From contig CM119266.1 of the NCBI GenBank assembly GCA_051294375.1, positions 18,222,087-18,286,086 of the forward strand: a stretch of 64,000 bases of DNA, given 5' to 3'. The stretch is from Paraspadella gotoi. Taxonomy: Eukaryota; Animalia; Chaetognatha. The notes below the pieces were generated by a model. The model made no database searches. It was given only the letters and a program-made list of their open reading frames with translations, and was not told the DNA's origin. Shown piece by piece: positions 27,861 to 40,700 of the stretch (position 1 is the stretch's first letter; each line of letters starts with the position of its first letter). Both the position numbers and the translations under genes were made by a program.

Positions 27861-28890
27861 TTAAAAACAAATTCTCTTTGCTAGTGTTATATTTTTTAAA
27901 CGGTTAGCAATTGGGTTAAAGTTGGTTAGGGATTATTAGGAATTTGTAATAAAACATTTTTCTACCCTTACCGTGTTTTTTTATTTTTGCGTAGCGAGAT
28001 TTCTATATAAGTCGCTCATAAGAAGAGAAAAAAAAAGTATTAATTAAAATTTTACGATTATAAATGTGAAGGTTTATGTTTGAAAAATGACTTAATACAA
28101 ATTATTAATAATATCAACATTTCGAAATCGAAAGGGTCTCGCTTAACAGAGTGTACCATAGATGTCGTATCAGAGCGGAGACAATTGGCAATAAAAGAAC
28201 AGCGACCGAAGAAGATAGATCTACGAGTACTACTATATATATATACAACTATACTATATACTACTATATTACTCTATTGAATGCGAATTAGAATTTCAAT
28301 GGAACTGATATGAAAACCAATTTTGATTGAATTGATTTTTTTTTGCTTTACTAGAATAGGACGTCTCAATGAAATAATTTTATTATTTTTGTTGTTATCA
28401 GATTCTTGCTAACTAGAATTTTAGAAATTATTTAACTAAAACAAATATAAAAATGGCTATGAAATTTTATTTGAAGCGAAAAATCTTTCAGAACAAATCA
28501 CCAGTAAAACTAAAAAAATGAATGCAAAAATATAAATAGAATAAAGGATTAACGTAATCCAAAAAGGAATGTTGTTTTGGGGAATGGGACGAAATTAGGA
28601 ACGATAGAGAGATTGTCTTCCCGTACACTCAACTTTAAAATGGTTTCGGAAATCTGTGCAGTGATTCCTTATTTGGTTTCAAAAAGTCAAAGAACAGTAG
28701 ACTTCGTAAAAATTAATTTCGTAACTCGTCAAAATGAGTAAAAAAAAAAAACACAAATGTACTACTAAATCCTTACCCATTAGTAAAAATTACCAACAAA
28801 TTACAATATCCTTGTAAAGTCAGTCAATAGTTATTGTCGTCATCATTACTAATCATCGTCATCTGTAAAAAGCAATCATCGTGATCTTCT

Positions 28891-30895
28891 TCACCAATCA
28901 TTGTCATCATCATCGTCATCCTGCTTGGGCCTCGTTTGTCCCAACGACCTCATCATAAAGTCCTCCATCTTGGGCCGAGGATCTTCCTTCGCCTCCGTCG
29001 GGACTCCCGCCTTGAAGAGTTTGTGGTCGACGTCATCCGCCGTGAGATTTAGGCCCCCGAAGGTCAACGCCCCCACCTGGGGTGATTGGGGGAAGGGTGA
29101 GTTTGACAAAAGGAAGAGCAATACCCTCGACGTCTTGGGAAGGAGAAAATAGGATAAGAGTTGGAAAACAATTAAGCTCCCCCCCAATCTTGGAAGGGCG
29201 GGGAAGTTTAGCCGCTTATATTGCCAAATATTGTGTGCGAAATGTTAAGTGACAAACAAGATTGAAGCGATGTTTAAAAGAAGCCACCGAATCAATTCCC
29301 AATTGTATTACTGATTTGATACAAAAGTAATTGATCATATTTGGCAATAGATTGTGCACTGACCATTTGACTCTTGAGTTCTCCCTCGAAATAAACGAAG
29401 ACCGCGGGAAGATTTCGGTCGGGAAAATTAGGAATGCAAAGATCCGAAATGCTCTTCAGGAATTTTATCTGGAAGAGGGGAAGAGATTTGACGTAAAAGT
29501 AATTTATCATCGTACCAGTCGAAACGAAAAAAAGTAATTAGTTTTAGTAAGGGATTACATATAGCGTTCATTAATCTGCATTTTCTGAGCTATGCGTTGT
29601 GAGCTGAAGATTACTCTCCGTAACATCTTTGCCAACCTTCGCCAGGAATGGAACGGGTCCTGGGCTTGGAACCAGGACTGTGGATCTTTCAGGCCCAAAA
29701 GGCGTCCATCCTGGTCATGAGCTGATGGCTTTACTCAATTAGCCACGAACTAAAACTACCATTGAAAACGGTGAACTGCCTGCTTCTACCCTCCGCTCCA
29801 ACCTGCGGATATTTGGCGCTGAGGCGGACGAGGTGTTGGTTGATAAGACTGCAGAGCGGAATCCCGCTTTTGTAGAGATGGAGGACGACCCAGACTCCTT
29901 TGCCCGCGCCGTTGACCTGAAGGGAGGGTTTGAGCATTGGTGATCTATTAGGAAAATTAAGTATCACTTAAGATCATCAACGCTTCTCTTCTCCTCACTC
30001 ACTTCTCGCTTGTAATCCTCTGCCGTGATTTCCCTCACTTCACCGAAAATCGATTTCTTCATTTTTTCTTGCAACTCGAGAATCCTTTTTTGCCGGTAAG
30101 ACTGCCGAAAAGGAAGGAAGGAAGGAAGGGAAAAATAAATCGAGAAGCAACAACCGACGAGCTCAAGGTAATGCGATGTATTGAGATTCTTGTATGCACG
30201 GATATCCAGATGATCAGCACATTACAATGCACAAGTAGGAAACATGCACTACCGAGTTGTATATAAAATGATACAGTATTACCCGAATTATGAGCATTTA
30301 AATCGTGGCTTAAACCCACGGACAGACAGATCGACGAGTGACCTACAGAATAGAGTTGCTACGTTATTACTCGAGGCGCAACTAAAAACGTTAAGAGAAA
30401 AAAAGGGACGAACGTAAATATTATCGCGGAAAGAAAATCCTTTGCCATTTCGCGCTTCTTATTAGCCTCCCTTTCCTCCCTTTAACAATAAGCAATTGAC
30501 CTGCAGGACGCGCTCGTCCTCGTTATCCTCCAAGGCTTCAATCTCGTCCAACGACATATCCTCGTAATTCTTGACTTCTTTCCTTCCTTCGATTTCGTCT
30601 TCAACGAGTTTTACGATCGCATCTTCGCTGATCTCCAACTCGGCTCCACTTTTCTGTAAATTATGATTATCATTATTATCATTTTTATCATTATTTTTTT
30701 ATAAAAAGATTTTCTGCCACCAAACAATTTGGAGAATGTTTTAAGAAATCCTTAAAACAATGATTAGCGGTCAAGGAGTTTTTTCCCCCCGAGTAGAGAA
30801 GAGAAGAGAAAAACAAAAAGAAGCACCTTAGGCGGTAAAATCCCCCGTAAGCGGAGAGCGTCGTTCCATTGCGTGTCTTGATTCGGGTCTTGCAT
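28891..30895 (-). CDS. PDCL3: Phosducin-like protein 3 (VIAF1/PhLP2 family), 6 exons, 241 aa
   Basis: Exons 30895-30827, 30653-30501, 30101-30003, 29916-29803, 29468-29364, 29076-28891, all phase 0. Translation: [23 protein letters not shown]...[11 protein letters not shown]...[15 protein letters not shown]|[29 protein letters not shown]...[28 protein letters not shown]...DDDDDDNDW*. Confidence 0.95.
29591..29750 (-). mobile_element. SINE family A copy in a PDCL3 intron
   Basis: Shares CCTGGTTCCAAGCCCAG.ACCCGTTCCAT and CCATCAGCTCATGA with the copy at 57.5 kb, and GGGCTTGGAACCAG with the copy at 60.2 kb. Confidence 0.7.
30135..30389 (-). mobile_element. Short Helentron-like non-autonomous element in PDCL3 intron 2
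   Basis: The minus strand begins TTTTTAGTTGCG...AGCAACTCTAT followed by the CTGTCTGTCCGT microsatellite, the same layout as the 5' end of the 16.7-kb element. Confidence 0.4.
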
Positions 30896-31249
30896 TCCTC
30901 AAATTAAGGGTTCGCACATCAACTGTTTTGTTTCTTGTTAATATTTTTCTTTTTTTTTTTTCTTTTCTCTTATAGTCTCGCTAAAAAACTAAGGTCACTT
31001 TGAAAAACAGGTGAGTGTAAATGATAGAAATGGAATTAAACAATTAAAAAGTAAAAACCAAGTAAAAATTTTGACCATCGGTTATCAGTTTTTCAATCCA
31101 TTGCTGGCAGTTCAAAAATTTTACGAGCAGAATTTCAATACGAAGTAATGAATTTTTTTAATTATTTATTATTTATTAACAAGAAGGGAGTTTTGATGGG
31201 CTGAATGACCAAACATTCATGATGGCCATGTCTTAGGGGCAAGACGACC

Positions 31250-31405
31250 TTAAATAGCCTGGCTAAGGGCCAAAACAACTTCGGTACAATCGTCGAGCCA
31301 AAGGCCTTCAACCGGAACCAACTGGCACGCCCCGGATCGAAGAGGAGGAATCGAGGTCAGTTTCTGGAGAATTAGCGGATTCCTGCGTCCGTTAGAGAGA
31401 GTTAG

Positions 31406-31455
<50 letters not shown>

Positions 31456-31686
31456 GATTATTAGGAAAGAAATCCTTAATTAAGCAAGAAGCATCGAGGT
31501 AAGAGGCAATGAACTTACCTGAACGGACCACGACGCAAAGAGAAAACGCGGAGACTCGAGAAGGTGATGCATAAATCCTAGAAAAGAAAAGAGAAAATAT
31601 TAAAAATTTAATATCAAAATTAAGAGTGTTAGATTACCATAAAAACCCAGTGCTCTCTTGTTTATGAACAAATTCGATCTCTTTTT

Positions 31687-31726
<40 letters not shown>

Positions 31727-34700
31727 CTTCAAGTTGTTAATAATGAAATCTATGAGAGAACAAATTCGATCGTCGTCCACGTTTTCCCTCTCCTGCTTGT
31801 CCCCTATCATCGCGACTGTAGCCAAAAACGAGTACGAATAATTCCTGAAATGAAATGTTTCGGGTAAGTCAATCTCCGTTCCTCTCCTCCCCGAACATAT
31901 TCCTACCTGGAAAGATTGATGCAGTGTTCAACGATCTGCAGTTTGAGCTTGAAGACTCCGAGGGAACAGTTTGTCTCTCTGAAATGGGAACTTCTCGATC
32001 CGTCGATCGGCAGAGGGAGCATCGCCGTACACTGAGTAGTGAGGATGATCACGTTATAAATTTACACTCTATTACTACCATTGGACAATGGACAATTGGA
32101 CAAAGGTCTTCTTACCTGCCATTGTAAAGACGCGCCCTTGGGTAATTCTGGAACAAGGACGAACAAACGCATGGAGTGCGACGTGTTTGAGCTGCTCTTT
32201 TCCTAAGAAAAAAAAAAAAATTAAAAACTAACACACTATATATATCATATATATATATAATATATATATATTATTATATATATATATCTCTCCTCAATCC
32301 CTCCCTCTAACCTTAACGCTCATCTGTTTCCGTAGAACCCTCTTCCACTCGCGCATGGCGACGGCGACGGCCGAGGATTTTGTGACGTAACAAACGGCGC
32401 TGAAGACATTGTTGACGTTGATATGATTTCTCGGGACACCGGGGGCGTTGCCGTGGGCCGTCACGTGAAGAACACGAGAAATGTGACGCATCACGAGCGC
32501 AGCCTGACGGACAAAAATAATTGTTTACATAAAATAATATCAGTAATAATAATAATAATAATATCAATAATATCAATAACCGCAATCCACTAAAATTGAT
32601 TAAAACAAGTTTGAGCAAACAATATCGGATCTGCCTACGATGATTAAGTGGTAATAAGCTAACTTGGTCAACTTGCATAATTTAATCAACTTGCATTATT
32701 TAGTCAACTGACATAATTTTGTCAGCAGGCATAATTTGGTCAACTGACATAATTTGGTCAACTGACATAATTTGGTCAACTGACATAATTTGGTCAACTG
32801 ACATAATTTGGTCAACTGACATAATTTGGTCAACTGACATAATTTGGTCAATTAACATAATTTGGTCAATTAACATAATTTTGTCAACTAACATAATTTG
32901 GTCAGCTAACATAATTTGGTCAACTAACATAATTTGGTCAACTGGCATAATTTGGTCAACTGGCATATTTTTTTCAATTGGCATAATTTGGTCAATCAAT
33001 CAATCAGAGAGAGATAGAGAGAGAGAAACTTTAAAAAATTCAAATAAATGTGTCTTTTGGTTTTCTAATTTGAACTCTTTTCCACTCCTACGATACCCAC
33101 ACACAAAATTTCTGCAATAAAATTATTTTGTCCTTTTATAACCAAATTGACATATGATGTCAGATTTCGATTAAATTCATTTTCCTCATATGTAGAAAAT
33201 CTTTTGTATTTTCTATGCCTGCGGGGTCGCACGTTCGAGGCGTCAGCCGTCGGATGAACAGATTTTGACAAGGAGCAAGGATTTTGTAGCATCTTACTAA
33301 AAGTCGAAGCGTTAAGAAAACTTCGAAAAATGTAGAATAGATTGTGAATTATTTTTATTTTTGTAGAGATAAATCCATGGCAAATCAATGAAAAGTCGAA
33401 AAAAAATGAAGACTCGAAAACAAAGTCGAAACTTGTTCAATAAAAATAAAAAATCGTTATATCAAATAAAAACTTTTCTATCAATCACAAACAACGAAAA
33501 TCATTAAAATTTCCGAACGTTATAATAATAACCTTCATATATTTTTTTAAATTCTATCATAATCCCAAAAATTTTTTTAACATTATAGAGTATTTGGATA
33601 ATATAAAATAGCTTCCATGCGTTTAACTATAAGATAAATCTTAATTTTTTTTATATTCACGATCTTTAATAAACAATATTTATACCGACTTCTGTTAGTT
33701 TGTAACCTGTTCCGCCTTCGTGGCCACCCTATGTCACTGGCGTGTTTATACCGACACCATAACCCATAACTAGCGTGACCGTGAGGGTAGTGAAACCAGA
33801 ACTCACGGTGGGTGAACGAGTACTGTAGCTGTAACAATAGGACGAGCTGAGTTTCACCAAGCTATACGGGAGGCGAATTCAGAATTCGCAACAGTACCCG
33901 TTTTTCGTGACCAGGGACCTAGGTAACCCCCCAAGGTCTCTTTTATGGAATGTGAATAGTTTCACGAATGGGTTCTTTCTGTTCCAAAAGTCGACAAAGC
34001 CTTTGTGTTACTCCGTGGAAAACGTTCGGAAAAAACTACTGGACCAGATTTATTTAAATTTGGTATGAATGATCCCAATGTTAGAGCCAAACTTTATCAA
34101 TGGGGTGGGTCAGAAGTTTGATTTGGGAACCTTCCCAAATGAAACTTCATACATTTCTGAGAAAAATTTCGATGGACTAAAATTTTCTAAAATGGCTAGA
34201 AGCACGAGTAATTAATTTTTGAATATTTATTTATAGATAGGAAATGTCTAAAAATTTTTTTTGAATTTTGTATTTTTAAAAGCAGATTCAGATAGCTAAT
34301 AAAAAGTTGTCTACACAAAGTATAATTCTTAAGTGGGTTAAAATTGGGAAAAACCTGAAAAAATCATACTCATCATCATCATCCGATGATTTTAGTAGTT
34401 TTTGTTCAATTTCAGTAATAAAACATTAAAATTTTGCAGGGTGGTGCTTATAATTTGAGCCTCTGTGTACTAGATTGGTGGGGCGAATGAGGAGTTAGGG
34501 AATTTTGCAGGAGGGGTCACCCATAGGGCCAAAAAATGGTCAAAAATCTGTGAATTTTTAAATTATTTTGGGTATGAATAGTTACATAGACGTTACTCTT
34601 TCACAAAAACATATTTATTAGTTAGTTTTGGAATAATATGGGAAAATTAAAAGTAAAATTTATGAATTTTAGTTCTACAATGTTTTTTATAAGTTTAAAA

Positions 34701-37700
34701 CCTGATGCTACTAAAAAAATTTTAAAAATGAAAAGAGATTTTAACCTTTTTTGGCCCCCCAGGGGTTCAACCCCAGGGTCCTGTCCTTTCAAGGGTTGAA
34801 TATCAAAATTCGCCTCAATAGTTTTATTTATATCGTCATTATGACTATATAGAATTTCATGAAATTCGATCGGGTAAGAGCAGTTTCTGGAAACAAAAAA
34901 AAAGAAAACCCTATATTTTATCTTTCTCTGGCCCTATTCATAAGAAATAAAATTAGACATGCATATCGTGTTACCGTTATTTTATTTTGTCCGTTTAATG
35001 AAGATACTTTTGATATGAAATAAACTTAACATTACAAAGAATTTAGATTTGGTTCATCAAAATGAATCTAACCTTTTCCGTATCCGTTCGCGAAAGACAC
35101 CAAAAAATATTTACTATACTTTAAATATTTTATAAATATAATTCATAAGTATATTATTAGTTGAACAGCTACTGGACTACTATTCTATGTTTAATTTTTT
35201 AACTGACACAGTAAAATTGGCAAAAAAAGACCATTTTAGACGCGTTCTTGATTGCATTAAAAAAGATTTTACATTATGAGAAATCCCTATTAATGGTCTA
35301 ATAAATGGCGTATCTGAATTATAATAATGTTTAAAAATTTTTGAGTAATCATTTTTTATTTATTTTTTTTATTTGTAAATCTTAAGTTTTCCTTGTGCAA
35401 TTCGTCCAATTAGAAAAAAATTCTCTCCTTACCATGTTCTTGACCATCTTTAATAATTTTGTATCTGTGTTGGGCCGCGCGGTTCCCCTTCGCGTTTGAT
35501 CGCAAAATGCAAGCTTCTTCCCTGCGGTCCTGGATTGGCGGGCCTGGACCAATCACCGTCGAGAGTTGGGAGAAGATAATTCTACCTTTTTTACCGCGGT
35601 TTCCGCGCGCAGCCATTGAGGAAACGCGTTGGTCGTAGTATTGTAGAGACATATTTGATCTTGTAGAACGGACGGCCAACCGTTTTCAAACCCAGTAGAG
35701 GTTATTTTTAACTTGTTTTTAATTTGTTTTTAATATGTTTTTACTGTTTTTAACTAGTTTTTACATTGTTTTTAATCGGTTTTTAATACGTTTATTTCGT
35801 GCCTTTTAATTGATACAATACATGTTATTTTAACCTCACTAACTTTCGAATTCCTGGCCGAGCAAATTTAGGTTTATTCAGTACAAGATCAAACAAATTT
35901 TATATTGTAAGGATTCCCATTAATGTTTTATTTAATGGTGTAAATGAATTTCAATAATTTTAAGTAATTAATGAGTAATTAATTTAATATTTTTTTAAAA
36001 GATGCAGTTTTACTGAAGATGAACTTGGATGACCATTAAAAAAGGTTATTCTACATAAATATAAAATTAATTTTATGAAATTAAAATTTAATAAACGTCC
36101 AGTACTTTGCTATAGAATGAGAGAAGAAAATTTAAAAAATATTAATCCAATGAGAAATGGTACGCATTTTTTTTGGTGGACACGGGGTAGACTTCCCATT
36201 TCACATGAAAAAGGATGTACACACAAAATACAGAATGAGCTTATGACTATGAATAACAATCGAATAGATAAAAGTCTATTATTCTCATTTGCTCTGCTCA
36301 TTATAATATTAGTATTAATAATAATGAAAGGGATAATTCTTTTAAATTTTTTTAAAAGTCATTACTCTTAGTAGGCAAAAAAGAATTGTGATAATATAGC
36401 AACAGCCGGGTTGCCTGTGATTCCCACTACATTAAAAATTAATTTTGTTATAATACTTTTATGACTGTTCACATCCCGTTGTTGATCAATGATCATACTT
36501 TTCATATAAAAAGCTTCTCATAAGATACTTAAAATCCGTAAAAACAGAGCAATGCAATAGACGGAATGACAATGAAAAAAAAAGATCCTAAATGAGAGAA
36601 ATCGGTGACTCTTTGGTCCAAAACATCAAAGAATAACGTAACTAAATCAATTTTCAAGTGCCGACATCTATCGATTTCAACCTTGACATACAGACAATTC
36701 TTAACATCTTCCAAAAATTGCCTGAACAAAGTATTCTGAGTTCCTACGTAATGGTGATAAATGAACTCTCCTAAATGAGCTCCTTGGTTAGTTTTTGACT
36801 TAGCTACCGGTTCCAGATAAAATCGTGATAAAAGTAAAAATACCGCGTGCAGTAGCGAAGTGGCGACAAACACAACCCAGCACCTATTTGTCTTTGGTCG
36901 AGGATCGAGGAGCAAAATGCTGACGAAAGGTAAAGAGGAAATGAACATTAGAAAAAGGAAACTCTCATTGAAAATAGTCAGCCTGTAAAATTCAAACAAG
37001 ATCGAAACTCTGAGGTTATTTACATCAGAATTTGTCATGTTAAACCGATTATCGTGAAAATTTGTCAATTTTACTTTAAGAAGAAATTTGACGAGTTCTC
37101 CTCTAGTACAGAAATAGGCAAAAAATGGAACGGATGCTGTCAGAAACAAAATCAGTAAACATAAAAAAATGCGATACTTCTTTTTTATAAGTTTTGGAAT
37201 TAATTTGCAACAGACCCTTAATGCTGTGAGAATGGCAAAAAGGGGAAACAAATTGGCCGTCAAATTAAAAAATCGCACGCGCTCATTTTGGAAAAAAATG
37301 AGCTGCTTTGCCAATTCTGTGCCACGAGAAACTCTCGACCGTGTTTTATTAAGAGAGTCGACGAAGGCCTCGAAGTAAAGACCGAACCCTAGAAGGGAGG
37401 CGAAAAAAGCAGTCGCGATCATACAAGTCAAAAAGGATACAGATGTTTGTTTTATGGCGATTTGGAGAGAAGTAACGTGCAGCAATCCCATGACAAGATC
37501 GATGAGCACCAAAAGAAACATAAGTTTTTCTCGGAGGATGAAAGAATGAAAAGTTTCCCAACGGTATTTTTGAAGAAAAAGAATGCTGCTTTAAGCAAGT
37601 GCGGTCATTAGAAAAAAGTTGGTCCCATTGTGAATCGCTTTGAATTATTTCTACTTCGCAAACAATAAATTCCTTGCGCCAAATATTAATGGACCTATGA

Positions 37701-40700
37701 ATCTTCAAATGAGGGATGTCACTACTAATTATCTTAATTGCAGCAAGACCCCAATTGACGACTGTTGATTGAAAGTGAAAATCATTACCACAAATCAATT
37801 TGTGCTTTTCATAAGTATATATATAACCAAGCACAAGGGTGCTGAACAAAGGCATAATAATCATCATAAAATCAGAATTTTTGTGATGTTGGAAAATGTA
37901 ACTACCTTTAATATTCACATTAAAAAAAATTATTTTTATTATTTGTTTGAATTCTACGAACGAGAAAACCCGCAAAAGCAAAAAAGGCAAAATTATTAAA
38001 AAAATTTCAGAGTATTTTGCGAAATTGATAAATATGAGATAAAGAGAAACGCTCATTCCGATTGTACCCTGAATTGTTCCTAAAATATCACTGATTGTCA
38101 ACATTTTCAAACGGGATTTAGAACCAGTGCGAGAATATTGACTTGTTCGAATATTTGAGGCAGTTTTGGCAAAGCTTACAGTTGATACTGCAGCTGATAT
38201 TATTGTAAAAGGGTTTTGAATTCTCCACTCACAAAAAAACATGTTAGAAACTAAATTATAGTTGCATTTGCACGAAATATTTAGCCTAGTGAATGAAGTG
38301 CCTTCCTTTGAGACGACGGTTCCAGAAAAACTAGATATTGGATTTGTGAAAGAATTACCGAAATAAGGTAAACAGTTTTCAGTTGTTTGTCTAGTTAATG
38401 ATGAAACAAAACAAAAATTTTGAATTAACATTTGAAGATAGGACTCGAAAATCATTTGAATCAAGTTTAATGCCAAAAAAAAGTTTTCTTTCTGAGCCAA
38501 TTCTATGTTTACAACATTTCCTTCATTCTTGTAATCTAGATATAAATCGATGCTTGTAGGAAGGTTTCCAAGACCGAATATAAATAACACAATGGTCATG
38601 TGTTTTTTCCAATTTGAATTCCAGATTCTCGGAAAGCGGTTTTTATTTTTACCGAGCACCAGCAAGCCATAGATTGAGGACAATAGGCAGTGACCAACAA
38701 CGACTGCTAACATGGCGTGACCCGAATATTTGACTTGGACCGTCGGAGAATTCAAGTAAAACGAAATAGTATGGAAGTCGGTGCCGATATCCAAAATACT
38801 TATTCCGTTGGAGACAATCAACATAAACAATTGCAAGGCGGCCATTCTGCGTGTAAACCTGTTACTGTAAGCAGCCCAACAAAATATTTGTTTCTTTAAT
38901 TTTTAGAAATTATTTTTTAGCTAGTTGTAAACTTTATGTTGAAACGAAAGCGATAAAAGAATGTGAGAAATATTGCGCGACTTCAGATGACTTATGCATA
39001 TACATTATATTAATAATCTTATATCGATTAGTTTTGCAATAATCAGATGGAGGCGACCCGCCTCGCAAAATGTTAATTATTTATTAATTATTTCAAGGTT
39101 CAATGTTCTCTATACATTTTGCAATTATATACAGTAGAGTGGAGCACTGGGGAACATAAATTTTATTTGAGTGATCAAACAAGTATATTTAGACGTGAGT
39201 TAGTATGATTAAGGAGAAAAAAATATTTTGCTTATATTGTTTGGGGAACAGTATCATTCATTACAATATATTTATAGTAATATTCTTATAAAATCATAAA
39301 TTTTCAAAAATTTTTTTTTTAATTTTTATTAGTTTCTGATTCTTTGCAAAAAGTTAGATCAAAAATATAAAATAGGTTATTAAAAATTTTAATCTTCAGC
39401 GTCAAAAATGGAAAAAAAAGGTCAAATTCTCTACTTTTTTACACTTTGTAGTAGAAACTATTATATGATGAAACTTTTTAATCATTTTTTGCAGCTTTAA
39501 CCTAAAAATATCATGTAGCATATTTTACAAAAGTTTTTCAGTTTTTTCTGGCGAATCCAAAACTTTTTAAAATTAAGAAAATATGATTTTGAAATTTTAT
39601 GATTTTATAAGGATATTACTATAAAGAAACATCAATTAATGATACTGTTATACAATTTTTTTTTGAAAAAGGGTTTATTTTTTATTACATATATAAAGGC
39701 AGCAAAAAAATATTGTTCCATCGCTCAATCTTTTCATCACTCCACCCTAATATACAGCCGACAAAAACTGTTTCATATTCATACACCAGCTACCAATCCC
39801 TCCCAACCCCACACCTGAATCCTGGCGTCAGGCGAGACAATCTCGAGTGTGGCGGGGATGAGTCCTTTATGCGCTGAGGCGAAGAGGAGGTGATCGTCGA
39901 CGACGACAGCCTGAGCGTCGGGGGCAGAGTTGGCCGGCGCCCAGTGGGAGAGAGAGGAGACGTGGAGGTAGCGGTGGCGCTAGGGTTGGGGGCAAGAGAA
40001 TGGAGAATTTGAAGGTGACGAATAACCAATTACCCATCTGTCTTCAGGACTATCGAAGGTCTGTGGGATGTCGCATAGTGAGCATTATAAAGTACTTAGG
40101 AAATAGAGGGAAAAATTATGTAATAATTCGGAGGGGAGAGAAAAACGAGAAAAACACCACTGAGGGTCGGAAGCCCCTAAAGCCAACAGTGAGATACCCC
40201 ATTCCAATGGGTACCACAGGCTGTTGCTGTTGCTATAACGGCTAGTTAAATTGTTTGAAAATTATAAATGATTTAACTTCATTGTTAATGATTAACAAAC
40301 CGATCATATGAAATTGGTACAACCAATATATTATTGTCAAAAATTTCAGTCAACAGTCAACACAATTATTAATGTCGACCAAACTCGGGATATCATTAGT
40401 CTCTCAACCTTAATTGACGTCATGACATCTCTTAACCAATCAAATAATAGGGGGGTCCTTATTTGAACCTAGCAAAGAACTCTCATCTTTCTATCGATCT
40501 AGTAATTGTTTAATTAATATTTTGTATAAACCATCTGAAGAAGTTCTATTGAAATTGTTTTATACAAATTGTGTCCCTATACTACTATATGGCTGTGAGG
40601 TAAAATCTTTTTTTACTAAAGACATGAACAGAATTAATGATGGTGTTACGAAATAACTATCTTATATCACGAAGAAATCCAGCTTCTCCACCTTTTCCCG

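Noticed and set aside
32700-33120. ORFs with DQIMSV / STDIIW repeats
   Set aside because: Translation of an 18-bp non-coding tandem array inside an intronic element.
35410-35679. GC-rich minus-strand ORF ending near a GTAAGG donor inside the DPH6 intron
   Set aside because: No recognisable product; DPH6 splices in frame without it.
37543-37563. G_GGA_AAC -1 slippery heptamer in the XK ORF
   Set aside because: A -1 shift enters the third frame and stops after ~35 codons; the 7TM ORF needs +1.
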